The notes: a model not told the origin generated them from the letters alone. Numbered from the stretch's first letter, positions 30,239-39,316 are shown. The stretch: DNA of 64,000 bases from Syntrophales bacterium (GCA_040767195.1 JAXGPA010000001.1:256001-320000); one strand, 5' to 3'. Numbers and translations are program-made.

Positions 30239-30805
30239 TTATTCCGCCCGCACCGGTTTGCCCGTGGGAATGTAGAGAACGCCGAAAAAAAGCCCCACCA
30301 GGGTCAGCCCGGCGCAAAAGAGAAACATGATGTAAAACCCGGCGTGGTCGGCCATCACCCCCCCGACGGTCGGTCCGATGATCCAGCCGAGATTCCAGGT
30401 CATGTTGTAAAAGCCGATGGCTTTCCCCCGGTGGCTTTCCGTCACCAGGTCGGCGACGAGAGCGGTGGCGGCCACGCCCATGGCCGCCCAGGCGATACCT
30501 TCGCCAGCCTGCACGACGAAAAGGACGACATAATTTGTCGTCAGGGCATACCCGAAGAAAACAAGGGCGAAAAGGCCCATGGACGACAGGAGCACCCGCT
30601 TCCGGCCGAACCGGTCCGCCAGGACCCCCATGTAAGGGGCGATGACAGCCCCCGCAACGGCCCCCCCGGTAAAGAGAAAACCGATCTGGCTCCGGGTGAG
30701 GCCGATCGTCCCCAGGTAAAGGGAAAGGACGGAATAGACGATGCCCGTGCAGATCATGAAGGGAAAAGTCGTGACGCAGACAAGATAAAGATCCTTGCGG
30801 TTCAT
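30239..30805 (-). CDS. Half-size (about 6 TM) MFS-type membrane protein
   Basis: MFS motif A GVLADRFGRKR, RGKAIG and GWIIGPTVGG; only about 188-199 aa; GGAGGTG RBS before ATG 30805. Confidence 0.8.
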   Translation of the reverse strand: MNRKDLYLVCVTTFPFMICTGIVYSVLSLYLGTIGLTRSQIGFLFTGGAVAGAVIAPYMGVLADRFGRKRVLLSSMGLFALVFFGYALTTNYVVLFVVQAGEGIAWAAMGVAATALVADLVTESHRGKAIGFYNMTWNLGWIIGPTVGGVMADHAGFYIMFLFCAGLTLVGLFFGVLYIPTGKPVRAE

Positions 30806-30959
30806 AAGCCACACCTCCCGGGATTCAGTCCCGCTCATGACGCCTGTCTTCCATTTAAAAAAACAGTCCCGCCCCGCTTGCGGGTCACCCTTTCATCGTA
30901 TATGATTCCTCCGGTATTTTGAAATCATTATTACACTTACGGCATGGAAGAGGAAAAAT

Positions 30960-33900
30960 ATGACCCTTGTGTACCGGAACAACGAGAGAATAACCCCCCG
31001 TAAAGGACAGGCCGCGGATGAAACGGGAAGAACCGGCGGATACACCCGCAGGAGCGGGAAAGGCCTGTCAGCGCCGCTGCACCTCCTCCTTGTATTTCTT
31101 CTGACACTCGGCCTTCTCTGCGGCTGCGGCGACGACAACGGCGGGTCCGCCGCCGGGCCGGAACAGCCCGGCGACTGGGGCGGGGAAGACTGCACGGCCC
31201 TGTCCTACGCCCGCTACGGCGACTACCTGTCCACCCAGATGGTGACAAACCGGACCTTCGGGTACGGCCTGTACGTCTGCGAGTTTCAGGCGGCCGACGG
31301 CCCCACGTGCTCCACCTTCTGGCTTTACGCCGACGAACCTTCCGTGAGAAACCTCCCCGACACCGCCCAGAACTGGCGGTGGAATGAAATCGATTTCGAG
31401 TTCGTCCCCTTCACGGAAGCGACCCAGTCCCAGTATTACACCTTTGCCGGCGGCCTTCCGAGACCCGCCGTCGAGGCCTTCGGGACAACGCTCAACTTCG
31501 GCGACCCCCGGTCCCAGCGCCTGGAGGACGACGCCGTTTCCTGGACCCGTGACAAGATTCAGACCGATGAAACGATCGCCCGGGACATGTGGCTTTACTA
31601 CAACACCTGGATGACCACCGAAAACGGGGGCCCGCCCACGGGGGGTCATTTCATCCTCAGGGACGCCCTTTCCAATTCAGAAACGCCGTCCCTCAACCTG
31701 GACATCACGGAGGAAAACCTGAAAAAAGCCCTTGACGACCTGAACGGGGGCCAGGGACTCTTCGGCGACAAGGGCCACTATACCGTCGCCAAAACGGCCT
31801 CAAGCGGCAAAGGGGACATCCGGGAGGGAAGCCTGAACATGATCCGCAACCTGGACGCGGGTCTCGTTCCCCAGCTTTCGCCCGGAGCGGTGGTCCATGC
31901 CGTGGAAGACACGTCCGTCATCGAAAAGGGGACCACCATTCTCGCCACGGACACCGCCGCCCGCACGGTGACCCTGAGCCGCCCGGCCACGAAAGCCGTC
32001 ACGGGGCAGACGTTCCAGTTCGTCTCCGTGGGGTCGTGGTCCATCACCTTCACGGGAGATCCTCCCGACCCGTCGGAGGCCCTCGTCGTCGACCCGTCCG
32101 GCCTGGAACCTCCGGGAACCCTCGGAAAAGTCGTCGTTGGGGTGAAACCGGATGGAGAAATCCAGGCCCTTTCCGTTTCCGTGTTCCAGCCCTCCATGAA
32201 ACCGTTGCCGGGAGGGACCTGGTGGGACCTGCTGAAGAACGAGACGGGCGACGGCAAGACCTGGATCAACGCCCAGGACTGGAAGTATCCCCTGGTCCAC
32301 GTCAAGACGCCGGACGCCCTTGACATGAAGAAGATGGTCACCCTGAATTTCTGGAGAAGCCCCCAGGGGAACGAATCGGCGGACATCTCCTTCGGAGACT
32401 GGGGAACGGTGACCCACAGGGGAATATTACGGGAACGGCCGATCCCCGGAACCGGGGGCCGCCCCGCGTCCTTCACCAGCGCCGTTCTGAACAACGAAGC
32501 CTACGTCTTCGACAGCACCGGGTCCTACGACCCCACCGGGTCCCTTCACACCTACACCATCGTGTGGACCCCCACCCGCATGGCCCAGTACATCGACGCC
32601 CCCGACCGGGGCCGGGACATCGCCAACGCCATTCCTGTCACCGAATACCGGATCAAAGACTTCCCGTCCCTGGACCACTCCGGTCCCCAGGCCGAAGGCG
32701 CCGACGTTCCCTGGATCGGCACGGAACTGAACCAGCCTATCGGGAACGTGACCATGAACGTGGCCAACTACGTGGCTTTCCGTGCCGCCTCGGCGGGAAC
32801 CAACGCCGGTCGGATCACGGGAGACCCGGTGGCCGGCAGCGCCACCGTTCAGAACGTGGCCTTCCAGGACCTGTCCGACGACATGGTTCTCGTCGGGAAA
32901 GGGGTCACCGGCCGGGGAATCCCCCCGGGCACGGCGGTCCTTTCCGTCGACAGGACGGGGAAAACGCTCACCATGAACAAGGCCGCCTCGGTTTCCGTGA
33001 CAGGAAGCTGTCTCACCGTGGGGCAGGAGATCCTCAAGCTGAACATAAATGAGGGGGACGCCATCCTCCGCGGTTTCGATCTGAAGAAAGACGAGACCGT
33101 TTCCGACAAGGTGGCCGTCGGCCAGATCGTTCTGGGAGACGGCATTCCCGACGGAGCCACGGTGAAAAGCATCGACGTCGTCGGCAAAACCGCCACGATG
33201 ACCCTCGGGGCCCAAAAGACACAGACGGGAGCGGACCTCGTTTTCCAGACCGCTCCCTCCGGCTCCGGGTGGTCCGGACCACCCCCCGGGACGGATTTTA
33301 CCGCCGCCGATGCCTATGTCCGGTCCCTGGGATTCTTTCCCCTCACCTCCCGGGCCGAGGTCGGCACGGCCGTTTCTGATTTCCTGACCGACCCGGGCGA
33401 TCCCGATGTCTTCTGGCTCGACTTCTCCGACGGGACCTGGACGGCGGAAAATTTCAACAGCCGGATCACGAAGTATTTCGGGATCCTTTACGCCCAGGAC
33501 TACACCCGTGCCGGGGCCATTCCCGGGAAAAGCCCTCTCCGGGACGCCAAAAGCCCCGAAAACGTGACCTATGAAACCCTTTCGGACGGCCACGGGGCCA
33601 TGCGCCTGCGGTGCTCCCTGTCCCAGGAAAAGCCGGCAAGGAATTTCTTCGTCCTCCAGCCCAAGCAGGCAAAGGACGACATCATCGGCCCGGGCAACCC
33701 CCTGGTCCGGGCGGAGATTTCATCGAAGGAGGACGCCGCCCGCCATTATGCCGCGAGCAGCTCCGTCACGACCCCGAGCGCCTTTTACGGGCCGCCCCCG
33801 GGCGAGAGCGTCACCGTCCTGGTGAAGGTGTGGGTTTCCGAAAAGGGCTTCTACGATCCCGACGCCCAGGGGAACCCGATAGACCCCGCTTCCGACTACG

Positions 33901-34028
33901 AGGCTGAAATTCTTCTGAAAGCCGACGAAGACGGGACCCTGTCCTGGGAGGCCACCGAGGACACCCACGGGGTCATCGAGGCGTTTCAGTCGAAGAACCC
34001 TCACCTCATCACGGTGAAGGCCCCGTAG
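30960..34028 (+). CDS. Large lipoprotein: circularly permuted GH16-like glycoside hydrolase with inserted beta-rich repeats
   Basis: Lipobox LLCGC; FGYGLY, STFWLY, WNEIDFEF (ExDxE), LHTYTIVWTP..QYID, PENV; three G-x-G-I-P-x-G-type repeats. Confidence 0.75.
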   Translation: MTLVYRNNERITPRKGQAADETGRTGGYTRRSGKGLSAPLHLLLVFLLTLGLLCGCGDDNGGSAAGPEQPGDWGGEDCTALSYARYGDYLSTQMVTNRTFGYGLYVCEFQAADGPTCSTFWLYADEPSVRNLPDTAQNWRWNEIDFEFVPFTEATQSQYYTFAGGLPRPAVEAFGTTLNFGDPRSQRLEDDAVSWTRDKIQTDETIARDMWLYYNTWMTTENGGPPTGGHFILRDALSNSETPSLNLDITEENLKKALDDLNGGQGLFGDKGHYTVAKTASSGKGDIREGSLNMIRNLDAGLVPQLSPGAVVHAVEDTSVIEKGTTILATDTAARTVTLSRPATKAVTGQTFQFVSVGSWSITFTGDPPDPSEALVVDPSGLEPPGTLGKVVVGVKPDGEIQALSVSVFQPSMKPLPGGTWWDLLKNETGDGKTWINAQDWKYPLVHVKTPDALDMKKMVTLNFWRSPQGNESADISFGDWGTVTHRGILRERPIPGTGGRPASFTSAVLNNEAYVFDSTGSYDPTGSLHTYTIVWTPTRMAQYIDAPDRGRDIANAIPVTEYRIKDFPSLDHSGPQAEGADVPWIGTELNQPIGNVTMNVANYVAFRAASAGTNAGRITGDPVAGSATVQNVAFQDLSDDMVLVGKGVTGRGIPPGTAVLSVDRTGKTLTMNKAASVSVTGSCLTVGQEILKLNINEGDAILRGFDLKKDETVSDKVAVGQIVLGDGIPDGATVKSIDVVGKTATMTLGAQKTQTGADLVFQTAPSGSGWSGPPPGTDFTAADAYVRSLGFFPLTSRAEVGTAVSDFLTDPGDPDVFWLDFSDGTWTAENFNSRITKYFGILYAQDYTRAGAIPGKSPLRDAKSPENVTYETLSDGHGAMRLRCSLSQEKPARNFFVLQPKQAKDDIIGPGNPLVRAEISSKEDAARHYAASSSVTTPSAFYGPPPGESVTVLVKVWVSEKGFYDPDAQGNPIDPASDYEAEILLKADEDGTLSWEATEDTHGVIEAFQSKNPHLITVKAP

Positions 34029-35349
34029 GGAGCATGCCGAACCGGTCCATGAGCCAGTGGAGGACCCGCTCGTTGGAGAGGGCGGCGGCGCCGGCCTGGC
34101 AGTGAAGGCCCGCCCCCTCGCCGGCGGTGAAGGGCATCCAGGTTTTGGGGCCGGCGAGCCGGTCGAAGAGGATCTTCGACTGGCCGGGCATGAGGGTGTC
34201 GCAGGCCCCGTCCACCACCAGGACGGGACACCGGATGTCGTCCACGCAGTCCTTGAGGGTGTAGGAACGAAGGGCCTTCAGCCAGTCCACCGGGGTGGCG
34301 GCGCCGAACTTCCACATGCCGTCGTTGAAGGACCACCGGGCCATGGGATCGCTTTTCATGTTTTCAAGGATCTCCCGGTTTATGTCCCGGCTCGCCGCCG
34401 GGTCGTCCAGGAGCTCGGCGAACCCCGGGGGAGCATGATGGTGGAGGACGGCGGCGAAGAAATCGTAGACCCCGCCGTTGGCGATGCAGGCCCCGATACG
34501 CTTCTCGTAGGCGGCCGCCCGGGGGGCCAGGTAGCCGCCCATGCTGATCCCCATGAGGGCGATCCGTTCCGGGTCGATCCCCTTCTGCCGGATAGCGAAG
34601 TCCACCGCCGGCGTCACCACCTTTTCCCAGTCCGGCCGGAAGAGAATTTTCTGCTCCCGGAGGACCCGGCCCTGCCCGGGCCCCTCGAAAACCAGGCAGT
34701 GGAACCCCCGGGCCACCGCCGCCCGGGCGACGCTGAAATAGAGTTCCTCCGCCGTCCCGTCAAAACCCGTGTTGACCATGAGGAGGGGCCGCTTCACCGC
34801 CGAGTCGTCGACGAGACAGAGATACCCGGGCAGGGTGGTGTTCTCGTAGGGAATCTCCACCGGCCTTATGATGTCGTTCGACAGGGCCGCCCCCTTGAGG
34901 AAGGATTCCCGGCTTTTCCCCCAGGTTTCGAGGATCCGGGGATCCCGGGGATCGGCGTGGAGAAAGAACTCGGCGGAACGGTAATACCCGGAGGCGCGGA
35001 AGTAACACTCCCGGGCGCTCACCGGATCCCGTCCCTTCACGAAGGCGTCCGCCTCTCTTTCCAGCCGCTCCGCCGTTTCCCGCCACGCCCGGTACCAGCT
35101 CTCATCGTCCCCTTCCCGGACTCCGTGAATGGCGACCAGGCATTCCCCGATGTCGGCGCCTCCGTAGTAAGCCCCGCCCAGGGCCCGAACGGCCTCGAAG
35201 GCGTACGTATCACCTTTAAAAAATGGGTGAAGGGCCGCACAGGCATGGGCGGACGCCTGCGGTGAAACGGGGCTTTTCCGGATACCCCCGCAGGCGGTGA
35301 GCCCCAGTAACGACACGACCAGGATGAACAGGACAACACGACGCTTCAT
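34009..35349 (-). CDS. Secreted alpha/beta hydrolase (FrsA / 2,6-dihydropseudooxynicotine hydrolase-like), lipoprotein
   Basis: Lipobox LTAC, GFDGTAEE, FEGPGQG, GISMGG nucleophile elbow, GAGLHCQ. Confidence 0.85.
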   Translation of the reverse strand: MKRRVVLFILVVSLLGLTACGGIRKSPVSPQASAHACAALHPFFKGDTYAFEAVRALGGAYYGGADIGECLVAIHGVREGDDESWYRAWRETAERLEREADAFVKGRDPVSARECYFRASGYYRSAEFFLHADPRDPRILETWGKSRESFLKGAALSNDIIRPVEIPYENTTLPGYLCLVDDSAVKRPLLMVNTGFDGTAEELYFSVARAAVARGFHCLVFEGPGQGRVLREQKILFRPDWEKVVTPAVDFAIRQKGIDPERIALMGISMGGYLAPRAAAYEKRIGACIANGGVYDFFAAVLHHHAPPGFAELLDDPAASRDINREILENMKSDPMARWSFNDGMWKFGAATPVDWLKALRSYTLKDCVDDIRCPVLVVDGACDTLMPGQSKILFDRLAGPKTWMPFTAGEGAGLHCQAGAAALSNERVLHWLMDRFGMLPTGPSP

Positions 35350-35381
35350 GAGATTCTCCTATAATGTTTGTTGACTCCCTG

Positions 35382-35849
35382 CTAACGCCGGACACGAACC
35401 ACCCGGCCCCCGCTGGCCCGGACCAGTTCATCGCTTTCCACCCGAACGAGGGCGCTTTCCGACCCCCCGCCCGTGTAGACCCGTTCCTTTTCCAGGACCC
35501 TGGGATCCACCAGGAACGACGCCGTAAAGCCGAAGGACGGTGTTCCTCCGCAGGGAAAACCCGTCCGTTCCAGGATTTCCTCCGGTGTGGCCATGCGGAC
35601 CGATTTCACGTTCAGGGCCCCGGCGACCCGGGAGGCGCTGACCCGGTCTTCCCCTTTGACAACGGCGACGACGATCCTCCCGTCTTCCGTGATCATGCAG
35701 ATATTTTTCACCAGGTCCTCCGGGGAGGCCGAAGCGGCGGCGGCCGCTTCGGCCACGGTGTGGCACGGCCGGTCAAAGGACAGGTGCTCCGCTGAAATCC
35801 CCTTTTCCCTGATGAATGTTTTCAGCTGCTCCTCGTGCGGATCCGCCAT
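35382..35849 (-). CDS. YbaK/EbsC (aminoacyl-tRNA deacylase) family protein
   Basis: TVAEAA, LVKNI, TGFPCGGTPSFG and GGGS motifs; own GGAGG RBS before ATG 35849. Confidence 0.88.
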   Translation of the reverse strand: MADPHEEQLKTFIREKGISAEHLSFDRPCHTVAEAAAAASASPEDLVKNICMITEDGRIVVAVVKGEDRVSASRVAGALNVKSVRMATPEEILERTGFPCGGTPSFGFTASFLVDPRVLEKERVYTGGGSESALVRVESDELVRASGGRVVRVRR

Positions 35850-36125
35850 GGTTCCTCCATCGTGCCGCTTATTCCCGCCCGGTGAGACCGGGGTCTGTGA
35901 TGACCCGGGAGGGGCCGCCCCTTCCCGGTCCTTTTTTTCCACAACCCGGATCGCGTTCCGGGGACACTCGAGGACGGCTTTCCCGATCTTGTTCCTGTGG
36001 GGGGTATCGTCGGGAACCTCGAAGGAAGACCGCAGATACATGCCCCAGAGGTGAAAAACCTCGAAGCATGTGCTGACGCACTTCTCGCAGCCGTTGCAAA
36101 GATCGCCGCGGATGATTATCTTCAT
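35850..36125 (-). CDS. Single-cluster ferredoxin reading in-frame, without a stop, into the YbaK gene
   Basis: CNGCEKCVSTC...ECPRNAIRV, typical of monocluster ferredoxins; ORF 35382-36125 is continuous. Confidence 0.65.
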
Positions 36126-36177
36126 GGGAGAAGTCCTTGAGAGTGATTCGGATCACCACAAAGCGGCCCAAGATATC

Positions 36178-36519
36178 ATGGAAAAGAACCTGCGACAAGA
36201 GGCCGGCACCATCGAGGCCATGATTCGTCTCTACTGCCGGGAGCGCCACCAGGGGGGAAACGATCTCTGCCCGGCCTGCGGCGACCTTCTCCGGTACGCC
36301 CGCGACCGTCTCGACCGGTGCCTCTACGGTAAAGACAAGCCGACCTGCAGCCGCTGCCCCGTCCACTGTTACCGGCCCGACTTCCGGGAACGCATCCGGG
36401 ACGTGATGCGCTACGCCGGACCCCGGATGTGGCGCCGCCACCCCCTCCTGGCCCTCCGCCACGGCCTGAGGAAGCGCCGCAAACTGGAAGCACCCCCGGT
36501 AAAAAAGAAACAAGGGTGA
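36178..36519 (+). CDS. YgbA / nitrous oxide-stimulated promoter family protein
   Basis: MIRLYCRERH, LCPAC..L..YA..RLDRC, KPTCSRCPVHCY and MRYAGPRM motifs. Confidence 0.88.
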   Translation: MEKNLRQEAGTIEAMIRLYCRERHQGGNDLCPACGDLLRYARDRLDRCLYGKDKPTCSRCPVHCYRPDFRERIRDVMRYAGPRMWRRHPLLALRHGLRKRRKLEAPPVKKKQG

Positions 36520-36845
36520 GGGTTTCCCCCTCACTTCCCGAATTGCCCTGGGAGGGGCCGTCCTTTCGAAGGGACGCCCGTTTTCTCCATTTCCGCCGCT
36601 TCCGTCATGATGACCCCGAACCGGTGTTTCAGCTCGTAGAAGCCGTGCCACCAGGCATCGTCGGGAGCCATTCGCTGCTTAACAAGAAGGTAACAGGTTC
36701 CGTTGCAGAGATGGACAACGGCATCGAGATTTTCGAAATGACCGGCTGTCCAGGTGCCGTCCCCGCCCCGAGGGCCACGAGGATCAGAATGACGGGCAGA
36801 AGGAAAAACCGTCGCAGGAAGGCCGGGAGAAGACGGAAACGCCGT

Positions 36846-37310
36846 CTATCCTCCCGCCGTCTGCGGGAAGGCGGCATTGGCATAGAGGTACTCCACCTTT
36901 TCCTTGTGCTTCATCTCCTGGCTCGCCATCATGAGAAGCATGTCCCGGACCGGACCCTCGGGATGGGCCTTGGCCAGGGCCGTGTAAAAATCGTGGGCCC
37001 GACGTTCCCGGTGGGCCGCTATGAGGAAAAGGCTCTTGAGATCTCCCGGGTCTTCGGGGGATGGCTCCGCCTCGTGTTCCGCCACCCGGTAGTCCACCGT
37101 GTCGGCGAACGTCATGGTGCCCGACGGCAGTTCCCCGTTCTTGTAACGGACGAGGAATTCCCTGTGTTTCTGCTCTTCCCGGGCCAGAAAGTCCAGGGTG
37201 TCCCGGGCCGTTTCGTCGGTCATACGCTCCCGGAGATCCTGGTAGAAGGCACAGGCCTCCTCTTCCCGGGCAATGGCGAGATCCAGCAGGCTGGAAATTT
37301 TCTTCTCCAC
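36846..37310 (-). CDS. Ferritin-like / rubrerythrin-domain protein
   Basis: AIAREEEA..FY, EEQKH, ERRAHDFY and QEMKH (ExxH di-iron motifs); GAGGAGG RBS. Confidence 0.88.
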   Translation of the reverse strand: MEKKISSLLDLAIAREEEACAFYQDLRERMTDETARDTLDFLAREEQKHREFLVRYKNGELPSGTMTFADTVDYRVAEHEAEPSPEDPGDLKSLFLIAAHRERRAHDFYTALAKAHPEGPVRDMLLMMASQEMKHKEKVEYLYANAAFPQTAGG

Positions 37311-37633
37311 CGATACACCTCCTCAGGTCCGTCTTTTCTTCCACACCAGCGTCACGGTCCCCCGTTCAAAAAAACCGCCGATGGTCCCCACCGGCTCCCC
37401 TGCCGCGACATTATAAACTTACCAGGCCGTTAGAGAACACACTACCGGCGTTGAAAGAAAAAAATTCTTCGAGGACCGTCCCCGACGGCGGCTTCCTGAA
37501 ACCGCTTCCGTGGAAATTATAAGGGATAAACGTGCCCTTTTCAATGGATTATCTGTCGGCGAATGGCCTCGAGCGAAAGATGTTACCCAAGGCGGGGTGA
37601 CCTGTGATGGACGGCAAAATGCGGGTTTCACTT

Positions 37634-37800
37634 TTGACGGCTTCGTAAAAAGATCCATATGCTGCGTTGCTCTTCATCCATCGTCATTGCGACGTACCGA
37701 TACGTACGTCTCATTCCTCGGGACTTGGGCGCCTTGCCTCTGGATCTTTTTACAAAGCCGCCGGTAACTGAACTTTTTTCGAGTTTTTACGGGTTCACCA
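37634..37800 (+). repeat. MITE/REP-like palindromic intergenic repeat, copy 2
   Basis: TTGACGGCTTCGTAAAAAGATCC...GGATCTTTTTACAAAGCCG inverted ends; internal blocks colinear with copy 1; followed by TTTTTACGGGTTCACCA, like the tail of copy 1. Confidence 0.8.
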
Positions 37801-37861
37801 CTTTTTACAGGGGGAAAAAAGTGATATGTAAGGGGCAACAAATTCACGGGCGCAGGGTCTC

Positions 37862-38353
37862 ATGGCATCTTTCCTCAAAATGATTCCCGACACCTTTCGG
37901 GCCACCATTACGCTTCGTTTTTTCGGCTTGTTGAAAATCCCCCTTCTCTTCTTCATCCGCCCATCCGTTGTTGAGATGGACCGCCGCCGGATCGTCGTGA
38001 AGATTCCCTTGAGGCGTCGGACGAAAAACCACCTGGGGGCCATGTACTTCGGCGTCCTGGCCGCCGGTGCGGACTGCGCCGGCGGACTGCTGGCCATGCG
38101 CTTCATCATGGAAAGCGGCCGAAAGATCTCGCTGGTCTTCAAAAGCTTTACAGCCGAGTTTCTCAAGCGGGCGGAAGGGGACGTTTTTTTCACCTGCGAG
38201 GACGGCGAGGCCATCACCGGTCTCGTGGAAAGGGCCATCGCGGTCCCGGAGCGGGTGGAAGCCCCCGTTCACGTGGTGGCGACGGTCCCGGACAAGCTTG
38301 GAACGGAACCGGTGGCCCGTTTCACCCTCATCCTGTCCCTCAAAGAAAGATAA
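37862..38353 (+). CDS. Hotdog-fold thioesterase-like protein (DUF4442)
   Basis: RRTKNHLGAMYFG, ADCAGG and FLKRAEGDVFFTC motifs. Confidence 0.8.
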   Translation: MASFLKMIPDTFRATITLRFFGLLKIPLLFFIRPSVVEMDRRRIVVKIPLRRRTKNHLGAMYFGVLAAGADCAGGLLAMRFIMESGRKISLVFKSFTAEFLKRAEGDVFFTCEDGEAITGLVERAIAVPERVEAPVHVVATVPDKLGTEPVARFTLILSLKER

Positions 38354-38373
38354 AAGAAAAAGCACGCATCATG

Positions 38374-38389
38374 GTCGCATAATCGCGAC
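38374..38389. promoter_or_regulatory. Palindromic candidate enhancer (sigma54-activator site) 1
   Basis: GTCGCATAATCGCGAC, about 85 bp upstream of the -24/-12 element; near-identical to 39317-39332. Confidence 0.5.
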
Positions 38390-38472
38390 ACTTAACCGGC
38401 GCACAGAGGTTCTCTTCCCTCACCTTTTCTGTATCTCCTTGTTTTTAATTCATATTCCAAGTCAATAACCCA

Positions 38473-38488
38473 CGGCACGATAATTGTA
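38473..38488 (+). promoter_or_regulatory. Sigma54-type (-24/-12) promoter
   Basis: CGGCACGATAATTGTA versus consensus TGGCACG-N4-TTGC(A/T). Confidence 0.6.
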
Positions 38489-38511
38489 TGATACAAAAAT
38501 GGGAGGTTACC

Positions 38512-38925
38512 ATGAAATTCGCCATACCCGTCTGGGGCGAGTTCCTATCGACAGTGTGCGACTTCTGCGACACCTGGGTGATCGTCGAACCGCACGCCCG
38601 GGAACCCTATCGGTGCGAATACATGGATTTTAAAAGTGTCGGTTTTATCGGGCGGATTGAAATACTGAAGAGCAAGGACGTCACGGTTCTTCTCTGTGGC
38701 GCCATCTCGAAAGCGCTGGAACACTGGGTCCGGGCGGCCGGCATAGAAGTGATCCCCTATCTCCGCGGGAAGACGGAAGACATCGTGGACGCCTACCTGC
38801 AGGACCGTCTTTATGAGGCCCGTTATTTTCTCCCCGGTTGCCGGCGGCATGCTTCGAGTGCAAGACCCAAACGGCGTTCCCCCGCCCACGGCGTCTCCCG
38901 GAAAGGAAAGGAAAAGAGCAGATGA
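38512..38925 (+). CDS. NifB/NifX-family (orange-protein-like) metal-cluster-binding protein
   Basis: MKFAIPVWG..STVCDF, VLLCGAIS, GIEVIPYLRG and LPGC motifs; GGAGG RBS. Confidence 0.8.
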   Translation: MKFAIPVWGEFLSTVCDFCDTWVIVEPHAREPYRCEYMDFKSVGFIGRIEILKSKDVTVLLCGAISKALEHWVRAAGIEVIPYLRGKTEDIVDAYLQDRLYEARYFLPGCRRHASSARPKRRSPAHGVSRKGKEKSR

Positions 38926-39290
38926 AAGTAGCCGTGACATCCTACGGAGAGGACAGGAAAAGCAAGGTCGATTACAGTTTCGGCAGATGCAAGTATTTTG
39001 TCGTCATGGAGACGGAAACGGCATCGCTTTCCGCTTACAAAAACGATCAGAACATCCAGGCGGCCCAGGGAGCGGGAATCCAGGCGGCTCGAAATCTCGC
39101 CAATGCGGGTGTTTCAGAGGTGATCACGGGAAACGTTGGGCCCAACGCCTTCAAGACCCTGAAAGCGGCGGGTATCAAAATACACCTTCTCCCCCCGGGG
39201 ACACAAACCGTCGAAGAAGCCCTTCTGTTGTGGGAACGGGGTGAAACGACCAAGGCTACGGAGGCTACCGTGGAGGGACACTGGATATGA
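38922..39290 (+). CDS. NifB/NifX-family orange protein
   Basis: MKVAVTS, FGRCKYF, GAGIQAA, ITGNVGPNAF and VEGHW motifs. Confidence 0.9.
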   Translation: MKVAVTSYGEDRKSKVDYSFGRCKYFVVMETETASLSAYKNDQNIQAAQGAGIQAARNLANAGVSEVITGNVGPNAFKTLKAAGIKIHLLPPGTQTVEEALLLWERGETTKATEATVEGHWI

Positions 39291-39316
39291 GAAGGAGTGA
39301 CGCTTTCGGGCAATAA

